A stretch of DNA of 49,278 nucleotides, counting the filler, from Jimgerdemannia flammicorona (Eukaryota), in the NCBI GenBank assembly GCA_003990765.1. It is 2 parts of 2 records of this genome, joined end to end, with 100 filler letters (N's around TTAATTAATTAA, not from the genome) between each part and the next. Parts side by side here need not be neighbours in the genome. Positions count along the whole stretch, not along the records: positions 1 to 24,589 come from RBNJ01000954.1; 1 more part is not named here. The stretch is one strand, 5' to 3'. The position numbers and the translations under genes are program-made. Positions within the stretch are counted from its first letter, which is position 1. Each line of letters opens with the position of its first letter. This document shows positions 1-12,307 of the stretch, in pieces. Below the pieces are notes generated by a model. That model saw only the letters and a list, made by a program, of their open reading frames with translations, did not search any database and had not been told where the DNA came from.

Positions 1-12
1 AAAAAAAAAAAA

Positions 13-290
13 TGTGGTTTGAAGTGCAGTTTGAAGTACCCTTGAAGTGGCCTTAAATCGATTACCAAAAGTGGCCAAATTCCCCTTCAAGCCATGCACT
101 TTAAGCTGTACACTTCAAGCCTCACTTAAAGCTACACTTCAAACTGCACTTCAAACTGCACTTCAAACTGCACTTCAAACCACACTTCAAACTGCACTTC
201 AAACTGCACTTCAAACCACACTTCAAACTGCACTTCAAACTGTACTTCAAACTGCACTTCAAACCACACTTCAAACCCAGATAATTCAAG
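13..290. repeat. 12-bp tandem minisatellite (ACTGCACTTCAA), with inverted units at 13-50
   Basis: Units run from about 91 to 280 (the TALQ repeat in the ORF track); TTGAAGTGCAGTTTGAAG at about 19-36 is the reverse complement. Positions 45-76 carry the AAGTGGCCTTAAATCGATTACCAAAAGTGGCC motif of the 2971-6530 satellite. Confidence 0.9.
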
Positions 291-404
291 TGTGACGTCT
301 ACATTTTATTTCTAACTCAGCTATAAGATCGTTCATCTGTCAATATTGTCAACAATCTTTCTTTGATATCTTATACAACCAAGGTATATATGTAATATAT
401 ATTT

Positions 405-700
405 TTCTGAGATGAGAGACGAGACAGGTGATGGGAGATAAGATGGGCAATGGGAGATGAGACAGGCAATGGGAGATGAGATGGGCGATGGGAGATGAGA
501 TGGGCAATGGGAGATGAGATAGGCGATGGAAGATGAGACAGGTGTGGGAGATGAGATGCAATGAGAAGGTGGATGATGGTTATGTCTATCTCATCACCAA
601 TCTTGTCTCCCATCACCCATTGTGTTGTCACTCATTTCCTGTCTCATCTCCCATCACTTGTCTTGTCTTCCATTGCCTGTCTTCCATTGTCTATATCATA
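405..700. repeat. Foldback minisatellite (GGGAGATGAGAYRGGC-like units, then their reverse complement)
   Basis: Purine-rich units at 405-570, complementary units (CCTGTCTCATCTCCCATC) at 585-700. It may lie in a 5' UTR intron (GT near 384, TTTTTTTAG ending at 750). Confidence 0.8.
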
Positions 701-760
701 TCACCTTTTTAGATGATCTTACTAAATTATTAAATTCATATTTTTTTTAGTTATAACAAA

Positions 761-2910
761 ATGCCAAGACTATCTAAACAAACTCAGCACTTACAAAGTT
801 TACAAAAAAGTAAACTTGAAGAAGAGATTATAGATAAATATTATTATATAAATATTATTGATTTTATAATATATTAATTATAATTATAATTATAATTATA
901 ATATAGATGATGATGATAAGAGAGAAGGAGAAGAAGAAGAGGATGAAGATAGTGAGGAAGAAGATAATGAAAGAGAAGAAGAAGATGAGAATGATGATGA
1001 TGAAGATGAAGATGATGAGGATGAAGATGAACATGAAGATATAGTTGAAGATGAAAATACAGATGAGGATGAAGATAGAGATGAAGATGATGATGATGAT
1101 GAAGATGAAGAAGATAATGAAGATAGAGATGAAGATGATGATGATGATGAAGATGAAGAAGATAATGAAGATAAAGATAAAAAAGCTGATAATAGTTGGA
1201 AATCTCATATTATTGCACTTGATACTCATATGAAGAATTTAGAGAATCTATCTCTAAATTCTATTTCAAAATACATACATATATCACAATATATGGTATT
1301 TAGAAATAATAATAGGAGTGCTTCTCAAGCTAGTCATCTGATTGCAGAAAGTATCAACAAAGGCTTATACTATGCAAAGCTTTTAAGAAGATGGACACAA
1401 AATTGGATTGACAATAGAACTCTTCCTATTACTCAGCAAGGAAGACATGCTAAGAAGAAAAGTCTTCTTGAAGATAAAAACATTAAACTTGCAGTTAAAA
1501 CTTATTTAGAAAATAATAAGTTTACTACTACTCCAAAGTCTCTTAAAAAATATTTAGAAAAAGAGATTCTTTCAACATCAGCAGAATCTATACAAATTCA
1601 TGAAGATACAGCAAGAAGATGGATACTACAGATGGGCTATACTTATAGTAGGCGCAGAAAAGGACTTTATGTTGATGGTCATGAAAGAGATGATGTTAAA
1701 GTATCTCATGAACAATTTTTAAAGCAGATGGCTGACTGGAAACCATTTATGGTTCAATATGATGAAGATTTCCAATCATTACAACATACTATTCCTCTTG
1801 GACAACAATATATTCTAGTAACACATGATGAGGCTACTTTCAATTCTAATGATGATCTAAACTATGGATGGGGACCTAAAGGACAATTTCCACTTAGAAA
1901 AAAAAGTAGAGGTGCTAGTATAATGGTTAGTGACTTTCTTCTGGATACTGTTGGAAGGCTGGCTATATCTGAAGAACAATATAAAGATATGAAAGATCCA
2001 AAGCCTCAAGAGAAGCTTGTTGTCTACTTGAAATTAGAAAAGCTAAGAAAGGTTATTGGACTGGAAATCATCTAATAGATCAGGTATGTATATATATATA
2101 ATAACAATTTAATTTAATAATATATTAATAAAACTTACAATATAAATTAATATTATATAATTAGATTCAAGAAAATGCTATTCCAATTTTCAATACTATT
2201 CATCCCAACTGTGTGGCAGTATTTGCATTTGATCATAGTCAAGGACATTCAATGTATGCATCAGATGCTTTATTTGCTCACAAGATAAATCTTGGATCTG
2301 GTGGAAAACAGCCACTTATGAGAACTACAAAGTTTAACAATATTACTCAAGAAATGATATTTCTAAAGAAATATAAAATTGTTAAACTGCATGGTAAAGC
2401 AAAGGGCTTACAATAAGTACTTGAAGAAAGAAATCTTTGGAGAAAAGATTTAAAAAGAAAATGCAAGAAAAAATACAAGAAAGAAGATTGTTGTGCTGTA
2501 CAAATTCTATCTCATCAAGAAGATTTTAAAGCACAGAAGCCACTTCTTCAAGAAATTATTGAAAACTTAGAGCATAAATGTATTTTTTATCCTAAGTTCC
2601 ATTGTGAACTTAATTATATTGAATATTTTTGGAGTAGTGCAAAAAAGTATTGCAGGTATGTAATATATATGTATATTAATTATTATATTTATTATTTATA
2701 ATATTTAGAACTCATTGCAATTATACATGGACTGGATTGAAGCAAAACATTCCAAAAGCTTTAGCCTCTGTTGATCTTATTACAATTAGAAAATATGCAT
2801 ATCATTCACAAAAATATATGAATGCATATCAAAAAGGACTTGTATTAGTAGATGCAGAAAATGATGTTAAAAAATATCATTCACATCGATGTGTCTCTCA
2901 GATTATTTAG
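761..2910 (+). pseudogene. IS630/Tc1/mariner-superfamily DDE transposase, 3 introns, disrupted
   Basis: Motifs GLYVDGHERDDV, LVTHDEATFNSND, GASIMVSDFL, GYWT, AVFAFDHS, FYPKFHCELNYIEYFW and C-terminal KKYHSHR. Introns at 834-906 (donor apparently mutated GT>AT), 2084-2164 and 2656-2708 restore the frame. Frameshift near 2008, in-frame TAA at 2414-2416, stop at 2910. Confidence 0.85.
907..1185 (+). repeat. GAT/GAA low-complexity tract encoding an Asp/Glu-rich N-terminal segment of the transposase
   Basis: Reads DDDDKREGEEEEDEDSEEE... in the same frame as ORF 1230..2075, with no stop between them. Confidence 0.8.
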
Positions 2911-2970
2911 AATTAGCTGCCAGATATATTATATAAATAACACTATCTTATCAAATATATTCAATAAATA

Positions 2971-5900
2971 GGGATCAAGTGGAAGTGGGGGAAGGTGGAA
3001 GTAGATCGAGTGGAAGTGGGAGAAGGTGGAGGTAATATAGATCAATGGAAGTAGGTAATTGATTTAAGGCCACTTTTGGTAATCAATTTAAGGCTACTTG
3101 AAGAGGAATTTGGGGAATTCAGCAAAGGGGAACAATTTTGGTAATCGAGGCAAAGGAGAGCCATTCCACCTGATCCCCCACTTCCACCCGACCCACTTCC
3201 ACCCGATCCACCACCCCCCACTTCCTCGAGGTGGAGTAGGTGGATCAGGTGGAATGGCTCCCCTTTGCCAAAATTGTTTCCCTCCTTCAAGTGGCCTTAA
3301 ATCGATTACCAAAAGTGGCCTTAAATCGTGTCCTTGAGTAGAAGTGGGAAAGGACCTCAATTCCACTCGATCCACCTCCACTCCACCTTGAGGAAGTGGG
3401 GGGAGGTGGATCGGGTGGAAGTGGGGGAAGGTGGATCGGGTGTGGCTCCTCTTTGCCATCGATTACCAAAATTGTTCCGGATCGAGTGGAATTGAGGTCC
3501 TTCCCCACTTCCACTCGAGAACACGATTTAAGGTCACTTTTGGTAATCGATTTAAGGCCACTTGAAGGAGAATTTGGGGAATTCAGCAAAGGAGAACAAT
3601 TTTGGTAATTGATGGCAAAGGGGAGCCATTCCACCCAATCCACCTTTCCCCACTTCCTCAAGATGGAGTGGAGGTGGATCGAGTGGAAGTGGGGGAAGGT
3701 AGAGGTGGATCGAATAGATCAAGTGGAATTGAGGTCCTTCCCCACTTCTACTCGAGAACACGATTTAAGGTCACTTTTGGTAATCGATTTAAGGCCACTT
3801 GAAGGAGAATTTGGGGAATTCAGCAAAGGGGAACAATTTTGGTAATCGAAGGCAAAGGGGAGCCATTTCACCTGATCCACCTCCCCCTACTTCCTCAAGG
3901 TAGAGTAGAGGTGGATCGAGTGGAATTGGGGGAAGGTAGAGGTGGATCGAGTGGAATTGAGGTCCTTCCCCACTTCCACTCGAGAATACGATTTAAGGCC
4001 ACTTGAAGGAAAATTTGGAGAATTTGGCAAAGGGGAACAATTTTGGTAATTGATGGCAAAGGGGAGCCATTTCACCCGATCCACCTCCCCCCACTTCCTC
4101 AAGGTGGAGGAGGTAGATTGAGTTGAAGTCGGGGAAGGTAGAGGTGGATCAAGTGGATCAAGTGGAATTGAGGTCCTTCCCCACTTCCACTCGAGAACAT
4201 GATTTAAGGCCACTTGAAGAAGAATTTGGGGAATTTGGCAAAGGGAACAATTTTAGTAATCGATGGCAAAGGGGAGCCATTCCACCTGACCCACCTTCCC
4301 CTACTTCCACCCAATCCACCTCCTCACTTCCTTAAGGTGGATTGGAGGTGGATCGAGTGGATCAAGTGGATCAAGTGGAATTGAGATCCTTCCCCACTTC
4401 TACTCAAGGACACGATTTAAGGCCACTTTGGTAATCGATTTAAGACCACTTAGAGAATTTGGTGAATTCGGTAAAGGGGAACAATTTTGGTAATCTATGG
4501 TAAAGAGGAGCCATTCCACTTGATCCACCTTCCCCCACTTCCACCCGATCCATCTCCCCCCACTTCCTCAAGGCGGAGTGGAGGTGGATCGAGTGGAAGT
4601 GAGAGAAGGTAGAGGTGGATTGAGTGGATCAAGTGGAATTGAGGTCCTTCCCCACTTCCACTTGAGAACACGATTTAAGGTCACTTTTGGTAATTGATTT
4701 AAGGCCACTTGAAGGAGAATTTGGGGAATTCAGCAAAGGGAAACAATTTTGAGCCATTTCACCCGATTCACCTTCCCCCACTTCCACCCGATCCACCTCC
4801 CCCCACTTCCTCAAGGTAGAGTGGAGGTGAATCGAGTAGAAGTGGGGGAAGGTAGAGGTGGATCGAGTGGATCAAGTGGAATTGAGGTCCTTCCCCACTT
4901 CCACTCAAGAACATGATTTAAGGCCACTTGAAGGAGAATTTGGGGAATTCGGCAAAGGGGAACAATTTTGGTAATCAATGGCAAAGGGGAGCCATTCTAC
5001 CTGATCCACCTTTCCCCACTTCTACCCAATCCACCTCCCCCCACTTCCTCAAGATGGAGTGGAGGTGGATCGAGTAGAAGTGGGGGAAGGTAGAGGTGGA
5101 TCGAGTGGAATTGAGGTCCTTCCCCACTTACACGATTTAAGGCCACTTTTGGTAATTGATTCAAGTAGCCTTAAATCAATTACCAAAAGTGGCCTTAAAT
5201 CATGTTCTTGAGTGGAAGTGGGGAAGGATCTCAATTCCACTTGACCCACTCGATCCACCTCTACCTTCCCCCACTTCTACTTGATCCACCTCCACTCCAC
5301 CTTGAGGAAGTGGGGGGAGGTGGATCAGGTGGAAGTGGGGGAAGGGGGATTGGGTGGAATGGCTCCCCTTTGCCATTGATTACCAAAATTGTTCCCCTTT
5401 GCCGAATTCCCAAATTCTCCTTCAAGTGACCTTAAATCGATTACCAAAAGTGGCCTTAAATCGTGTTCTCGAGTGGAAGTGGGGAAGGACCTCAATTTCA
5501 CTCAATCCACTCGATCCACCTCCACTCCACCTTGAGGAAGTGGGGGGAGGTGGATCAGGCGGAAGTGGGAGAAGGTGGATCGAGTGGAAGTGGGAGAAGG
5601 TGGATCAGATGAAAGTGGGGGAAGGTGGATTGGGTGGAATGGCTCCTCTTTGCCATCGATTACCAAAATTGTTCCCCTTTGCCAAATTCCCCAAATTCTC
5701 CTTCAAGTGGCCTTAAATCGATTACCAAAAGTGGCCTTAAATTATGTCCTCAAGTGGAAGTGGGGAAGGACCTCAATTCCACTTGATCCACTTGATCCAC
5801 CTCTACCTTCCCCCACTTCCACTTGATCTACCTCCACTCTACCTTAAGGAAGTGGAGGGAGGTGGATTGAGTGGAAGTGGGGGAAGGTAGATCAGGTGGA

Positions 5901-6530
5901 ATGGCTCCTCTTTGCCATCGATTACCAAAATTGTTCCCCTTTGCTGAATTCCCCAAATTCTCCTTTAAGTGGCCTTAAATTGATTACCAAAAGTGGTCTT
6001 AAATCATGTCCTCGAGTGGAAGTGGGGAAGGACCTCAATTCCACTTGATCCACCTCTACCTTCCCCCACTTCTACTCGATCCACCTCCACTCCACCTTAA
6101 GGAACTGGGGGGAGGTGGATTGGGTGGAAGTGGGGGAAGTGGATTGGGTGGAATGGCTCCTCTTTGCCATTGATTATCAAAATTGTTCCCCTTTGCTGAT
6201 TCTCCTTCAAGTGGCCTTAAGTCGATTACCAAAAGTGGCCTTAAATCATGTTCTCGAGTGGAAGTGGGGAAGGACCTCAATTCCACTTGATCTACCTCTA
6301 CCTTCCCCCACTTTCACTCGATCCACCTCTACTCCACCTTGAGGAAGTGGGGGAAGGTGGATCAGGTAGAAGTGGGGGAAGGTGGAGGTGGATTGATCCA
6401 CCTTGGGAACACAATTTAAGGCCACTTTTGGTAATTGATTTAAGGCCACTTAAAGGGGAATTTGATAAAGGTGAATACAATTCAAGGCCACTTTTGGTAA
6501 TCGATTTAAGGCCACTTAAAGGGGAATTCA
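2971..6530. repeat. Complex palindromic satellite (about 200-270 bp modular units, orientation switches)
   Basis: Recurrent modules GGTGGATCGAGTGGAAGTGGGGGAA (and its reverse complement), GATTTAAGGCCACTTTTGGTAATC and GGAATTCAGCAAAGGGGAACAATTTTGG. Polarity flips near 3290, 3480, 5160 and 6400. Confidence 0.9.
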
Positions 6531-6571
6531 GCCAATTCAACAATGCCAAAATTACTAAGTCACAAATTAAT

Positions 6572-7194
6572 AATTGCATCTAAACTTATGCTTAACTTTT
6601 TATCACTCCTTTTTGCTACTCCTTTTTAATATATTTAATAAAATAAAAATAAAAACTGGAAATTGATAGAAAAATCTATTGAGTTTAATAAAATGAATAG
6701 CTTTTTTTATTATTATTGTATAAAATATTTTAATAAAGATTATTTTTTTACTTATTTAATATAGATCTTTACATTTTTCAAATCTCTTCTCCTTTATATT
6801 GATCATATTAAAAATATATATTATTAGAAATTTAAATAGTAAATATTATCTACTTTACTTAAATGAAAAGATTTTTTTTAAATAATATGATTATAAATGA
6901 TTTACTAAAGTTCGTTATAATTTTGGCCTTATTTAATATTCTATTGGCTTTGAAATTGTGACCAGTAATTTATAATTTGGCTTTAATTTAAGGCCGAAAT
7001 TGTGACTCGTCTTAATATTTATTATAAAATAATAAAAAAACTATTTTTATTAAAATATTATATGTAATAATTATAAAAGCTCTTCATTTTATTAAACTTG
7101 ATAGAATGTTCTATCAATTTCTGATTTTTTTTTTTTTTTTATTAAATAGATTAAAAAGGAGTAGCAAAAAGGTTGAGTATAAGTATGGTGCACT
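6572..7194. mobile_element. AT-rich foldback/MITE with Tc1-like end
   Basis: About 6575-6760 is an inverted repeat of about 7020-7194 (CCTTTTTGCTACTCCTTTTTAAT vs ATTAAAAAGGAGTAGCAAAAAGG). The right end GGTGCACTA|TA fits a decayed TA|CAGTGCACC terminus. Confidence 0.65.
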
Positions 7195-8125
7195 ATACTT
7201 GCTACTGCTGCTGAGCACTCCTTCCTTTCCCTGCCTCCCTCCAGTATCTCTGAGTACTTGATTTCAGTCTCTACTGGTAATCCCCAATCACCAGTCCCTG
7301 CCCCTGCTATCTACTGATCTTCTCAATAACTTCCTCCTCTCAGTCTATCCATAAAGAACCATCCTCCAACAAAGAAGAATTCAGATGTCAATATTCTGGC
7401 CCATCCCCACTTCCCCCAAATCTCCCACTCTCTAACAGACCCCAGTGGTCCAACCACAGGCACCAAACTACCTCCAGTATATCCCAGACCTTCACTCTCT
7501 AGTACTCTGCTGTCAACACCCAGTTGATTCTGGAGCCCAACCCTGCCACCCAGTGAGTATAAATTCAGCAGTCCTCCCAAAACTGTTACTCCAAGTTAAC
7601 CAAGGAACTCAACCTCTCTATCTCTATCTAATCATCCAATCTGCCACTCCTGTCCCTCATTCCTCTCCCACCATCAGTCCTATCTACTACATTATTATGT
7701 ACCATATTGAAATCACCCCCCAGGCAATCAATCTCTGCCTCACCCATAATACTCATCTCTCTCAAGTCTCTAATCCAATCTACATATTCCTCTCTCTCTG
7801 CTGGGCAATAACATAACCCAACAGTCAAAGGGTTCCACCCAGCCCTCTTCTATACTCCCCACACCAACCTACTCCCCCAATGTCCAATATCTCTAATGTC
7901 TCCCATCCCCTTTCTAATCAGAATGCCCACCTGTTCAGTCCACACAGCTGCCCCACCCCACTCTCTAGTCCAACCCTGTGAGTCCAAGTCTGCCTCATAC
8001 TGCACATCCTGCAGTAAGAAGATATCTGCATCCAGCTCCTTTAACCAACCAAATATATTCCTCTACCATACTACTCCCCTCAACTCATTCACATTCAAAG
8101 AGATGATTCTAGTTATACTATTCAT
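7195..8125 (-). pseudogene. LINE ORF2 apurinic/apyrimidinic-type endonuclease fragment
   Basis: MNSITRIISLNVNELRG...WLKELDADIFLLQD, LGGDFNMV and a downstream D-H-like motif; many stops. Confidence 0.8.
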
Positions 8126-8149
8126 ATTGAATAATATTTGATATTGGGG

Positions 8150-10063
8150 GCCCAGCCTAGTATTCCATACTTATCTCATCACCAGCCAGATCTAAGTACC
8201 ACTCCACTTCCAAATCATCTTCCCTCAGCCTGAGCATTCAGTGCTTCCAAGATTTCCTGATACTCCACTCCATCCACCACCTCTATTTCTGCCTGATAAT
8301 CTACATACACCACTCTCCACTTCTCCAACCCCTTCCTCGAACCCCACAAGTATACTACCCAGTCATTTGCAATTACTTAAAGTTCCTCCTCTCTCTGATC
8401 ATCCACTTGATATTCAACTGATTCCAAGAGCACCACCAGAATTTCATTTCTAACCTTCCTTGACACCTCCTCACTATAGAGAATTTTCTCCCAATGCCTG
8501 TCACCTATAATCTGGAAGTCCTCCCCCCCCAGCTCCTCAGCTGCCACTCTCTCCAGAGTCTTCCATAGCTACTTCTCCTTGTCCACCACCTCTGCAACAC
8601 CCTGGGCGACCCCTTCAACCCCCACCACAGGGTCTACCAAAGTGCTCCTTCTCACTGACTCATCCCACTCCTCCTCCAGTATATCCTGTAGTTCCTCCTC
8701 ACCCTCTGCCTCATCTGGGATCTCATATTGAGGGTGTACTTCCTCACCTATTTCAGTATCCTCTACCATGCTGCCCTGTCTCTCCTCACATGATCCACCT
8801 TGGGCCATCCTTCACTCCCCAGCCCAGGCACTCTCTCTCAATCCTGCACTACCTTCTCCTTCACCACTGCCTGCCTCACTGCCTCCTAACTTCTCCAGCA
8901 GTTCCTTCTGAATTTGCCTCCTCTGCATCTTCTCCCAGGCTATCTGGTCTATTTTAATCCTGTTTCTATCCACCATCTCCACTACTGTCTTGGCTTCATA
9001 CTCCTTCCAAGCTAATCATCTCCTCTCTACTACTCCTACCAGATCCTCAAGAGCCTTCAGTAAGTCCTTCTCTTCCTCTGGCATCCCTTTCACCCATGAG
9101 ACCTTATATTCAACTGGTCCCCACTTAAGAGTTGCCAACCAGTCTCTTGTCTTCTCTGTATTCTCCTTTCCCACCAATCTCACCCAGATGTTGATATCTC
9201 CCATCTAGAGTTCAGTACTCTCTCAGACTCAAAACCCAATGTCTACAATCTCTCTATACTTCTTGACCACCTCCACAATCAGCTCCCTGGCCCTCTCTCT
9301 CGACACCATAGGAAAATCCAACACTGTTAACTGCACCACTCAGGGGTCCCAGCATATACACCTTGTTATAGGAACTACTACTCTATCCACTACTACTCCT
9401 TTCTCCACAGCCTCCAACAATGATGCCTCTCTCTCAAATCCAACCTTGACCCCTTCTTTCTCTTTCAAAAACTTCACTGAAGCTGCCCCCTTCACCTTCT
9501 GCACCACTAGCCCCAAAATCACCCTCATAGTTACTACTAAGCCTCAGAAGCACAATGTGATGGCAAATTCTGATCTTGACTTCTTGAGTAATAGTGCTGA
9601 CACTATACCAGTCATACCATCTATCAGGTGCCCAGGCTTCATACCCTCCCTCTGTTCTGATCTACCAACTACTGTCACATCTAGATTTTTTTTCAGATCT
9701 CCAGTCACAGCTCTATCAGTAGTCATATCTCCAGCCCCTACCCCCCCCCCTCCCCCTACTACCCAACCCTCCTATGGGGGCCCCTCTCTGTCTCCTAGCT
9801 GAAGCTGTTGACACCTTCCCCAGCCCCAACCAACCATCCAGACTAGATGCCATATTTCCCATCTTGACCTTATTAGCAAAGGTCATCCTCCTCTCTCCTC
9901 GTTGCCTCAAACCACCCCTCCCTCTACCACTAGTACTATAGCCAACCATAGGAGGCTCTGGTATTCCCAAATCATCTCCTCTCCTCCTCCCAACATGCTG
10001 CCAGTCGAAGGCACTGCTGCCCCTCTGACCAACATGCTCATAAGTATACTTATTGCTATTCAT
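8150..10063 (-). pseudogene. LINE ORF1 (gag-like), decayed
   Basis: ORF-track fragments 9716..10063, 9544..9726, 9340..9528, 9016..9204 and 8569..8808 are collinear with ORF1 of the second LINE. Confidence 0.7.
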
Positions 10064-11103
10064 GTTGCTAGTCTCCTTTTACCAAAAATGTTGTAGAAAG
10101 TGTTGTCTAAGTTGTCTGAGTTTTGTGTCACCTAAATGTTACCAGTGAAAGATATGAGAAGTTATGTATATTATAAATCTGACATACTTCTTTAATTGTA
10201 TTGTTTTACTTTTAGTCTTCTTCTCTTTCAGTAAGATAAAATAGTACTTTTTTGACCAGATGGATAATTACTATTTCTCATTTTTTTTCCAGTCTTATTG
10301 TACTGAATTTGTTCATTGTATTACAATTTTTTACCAAATAGATGATTTTCTATAATATGTAGCATCCTTAGAGGTATTATTGGTGATACATTTATACAAT
10401 TCAGAGTATATTCTAGTTGAGTTCATTGGCTCTGAGTTTTGTCCAAGAACTATATCTTGAGCTTTCTAAGAGTAGTATCAATGTTGAAGTATTTTGTTGA
10501 CTTTGTTGGTCCATTTGGCTTTCTTTAGAAGTTGTTATCACTTTTGATACTTAGCATTTATTTAGTACTAACAATGGCTTTTTGTTTCATTAAGATTCAT
10601 TCTCTATCATTGGAGAACTCTTTATCACTGGCTGGAAGTAGTGATGATATTGTTCCTATTTTACTTATACAAAATAATCTTTTATTGGCTATAATTTATA
10701 TTTCTTTCTATCTTATCTATATAGTAATAAATATCTAGATTTTATCAATGACATTAAGAATATTATTCAGGAAATTAGAATAGTTGAGTCATAGATATAT
10801 CCTCTATTTGTTTATCATTTTTCTTATCTGGGTGTAGCTATGTTTACTAGTTCCAAACTAAGCCTCAAATTTCTACATATTTTATAAACTAAATTACTAA
10901 GAATATAGATAGAAAATCATAATATATAAACTATAATTTCATAATACAAACTTGAATAACTATAGATATAAACTAGTAGATACTAATAGATTTGTTTTCT
11001 TGAAGATACAGCTATATGAACTAAATAACAAGTATATGAATAGAAATATATAGTAATATAAACTAAAAAGCTATAAACTTGAACTATATTAAATAATATA
11101 TAC

Positions 11104-12274
11104 TGTAACAAACCACAAAATATAGTAATCTCGAAACCCAACCAGGTGATGTGAATATTAGTATAGCACAATAACCAGCAACTATTGCTGCAGAAATGTA
11201 TAAATAACCCAGATAGCTAAAGTAAGGAAGAACCCTGACAGTGGCTGTCATTCTGACAGTAGCTATCACCCTGACAGTAGCTGTCACCCTGATAGTGAAT
11301 GTCACTCCATAAATAGCATTCTATAGTTAATCAGATAGCAACCAAGATAGCAACCACAATGTATAAAATACTCTAGAGATAAGAGTGAATAAACCTCAGT
11401 CTGAAAGTTGAATACAAATCAAAGCAAAAGTCAATTGTCTGGTACACTTAGAAGAAATGCCTGCCAAAAGCCACTTGATCCAGGAAGGATTGCAATACTT
11501 AGGAGATATGCCTGCCAATGAGCCACTGCCAAGAAGTTGTGAGCTTGGTTCTCTTCTCTTCCACTCTGGTCCACTTTCCGATACAAAGAATGAGTCTGTT
11601 TTTGGTTTGCTTGGCAGATAAGTCTGAAGATTTGCCACCCAAGTTCAAGGAAGAGCTTCACCGCCATTTTCAAGAAGTCTGCTGATTCAGGAAGAATCTG
11701 TGCCATTGTATTCCCAGTTGAAGCCACTACTTTTGAGTTATCTGCATTCCCAGAGAACCTGTGACACCTGAGTTATTATTTCCAGAAGTGCCTGATTCAG
11801 AAGAACCCATGCCATCTCCTCTTCCCAGTGAGCCAAATTGAGTTATCTGCCAGAAATCACATACTTTTGGAAATCGTCATGCTACATGATGATCGTCATA
11901 CAGAGATCACTGCCATCTAAGAAGGAAACCACTAAATTGCCAGATCATCCCACATAAGGAACCCAGTTGCACTATACCAGATCATCATACAGAGATTGTC
12001 ATGTTATATATGAGATTCTATCAATTCCCAGATTGACCCAAGAAGGAAACCCATTTGCACAAATTGCCGCTACACTCAGAGAACCATCCCAATTAGGAAA
12101 TTGACATATAGATTGCTCACAGATATCCAGCTTTGACTACTATACCACTAAACACCAAGGACCTCAGAAATCATAGAATATTTTGTTGCTTTTGACAAAG
12201 TAACTGGGGGCTCAAGCCAAACTACATTGACCCCCAATCTTGTAATTTGCCTCCATTGAGCCAGGTATGTTATA
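11104..12274 (+). repeat. 5' LTR of element 1 (1171 bp)
   Basis: TGTAACAAACCACAAAAT...CCAGGTATGTTATA, collinear with 19829-20919; TATA-like TATAAATAACCC. Confidence 0.95.
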
Positions 12275-12275
12275 T

Positions 12276-12294
12276 TTGGGGGCTCAACTGGGAA
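12276..12294 (+). promoter_or_regulatory. Primer-binding site, tRNA-Pro-like
   Basis: TGGGGGCTCAACTGGGAA directly after the LTR resembles the tRNA-Pro PBS (TGGGGGCTCGTCCGGGAT in MLV) once CpG decay is allowed. Confidence 0.65.
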
Positions 12295-12307
12295 GATTCC
12301 AAAATCT

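Larger units (their letters stand above)
7195..10125 (-). mobile_element. L1/Tx1-type LINE, 5' part only (ORF1 plus endonuclease), decayed
   Basis: ORF1 from 10063 is homologous to the LINE at 43670+ (G.SAF.WQ.VG, KKNLD.T, LLLKKS..EF.ITLCF). ORF2 starts at ATG 8125; the element stops at the MITE edge. Confidence 0.85.

Noticed and set aside
1..12. Poly(A) as a retroposon tail
   Set aside because: It lies at the window edge with no upstream context.
47..295. TALQ-repeat ORF
   Set aside because: Translation of a 12-bp minisatellite from a GTG start.
864..1233. Hydrophobic poly-I/F ORF (minus) and poly-M/K ORF (plus)
   Set aside because: Alternative frames of the GAT/GAA tract; only the D/E frame joins the transposase.
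761..6530. Fanzor/TnpB-like RNA-guided nuclease associated with the ITm element
   Set aside because: No second ORF with RuvC and zinc-finger motifs; only the DDE transposase and repeats are present.
3042..6583. Many short ORFs, and a CRISPR-like look of recurring motifs
   Set aside because: The sequence between motifs is itself repeated, so there are no unique spacers; no cas genes; eukaryotic context.
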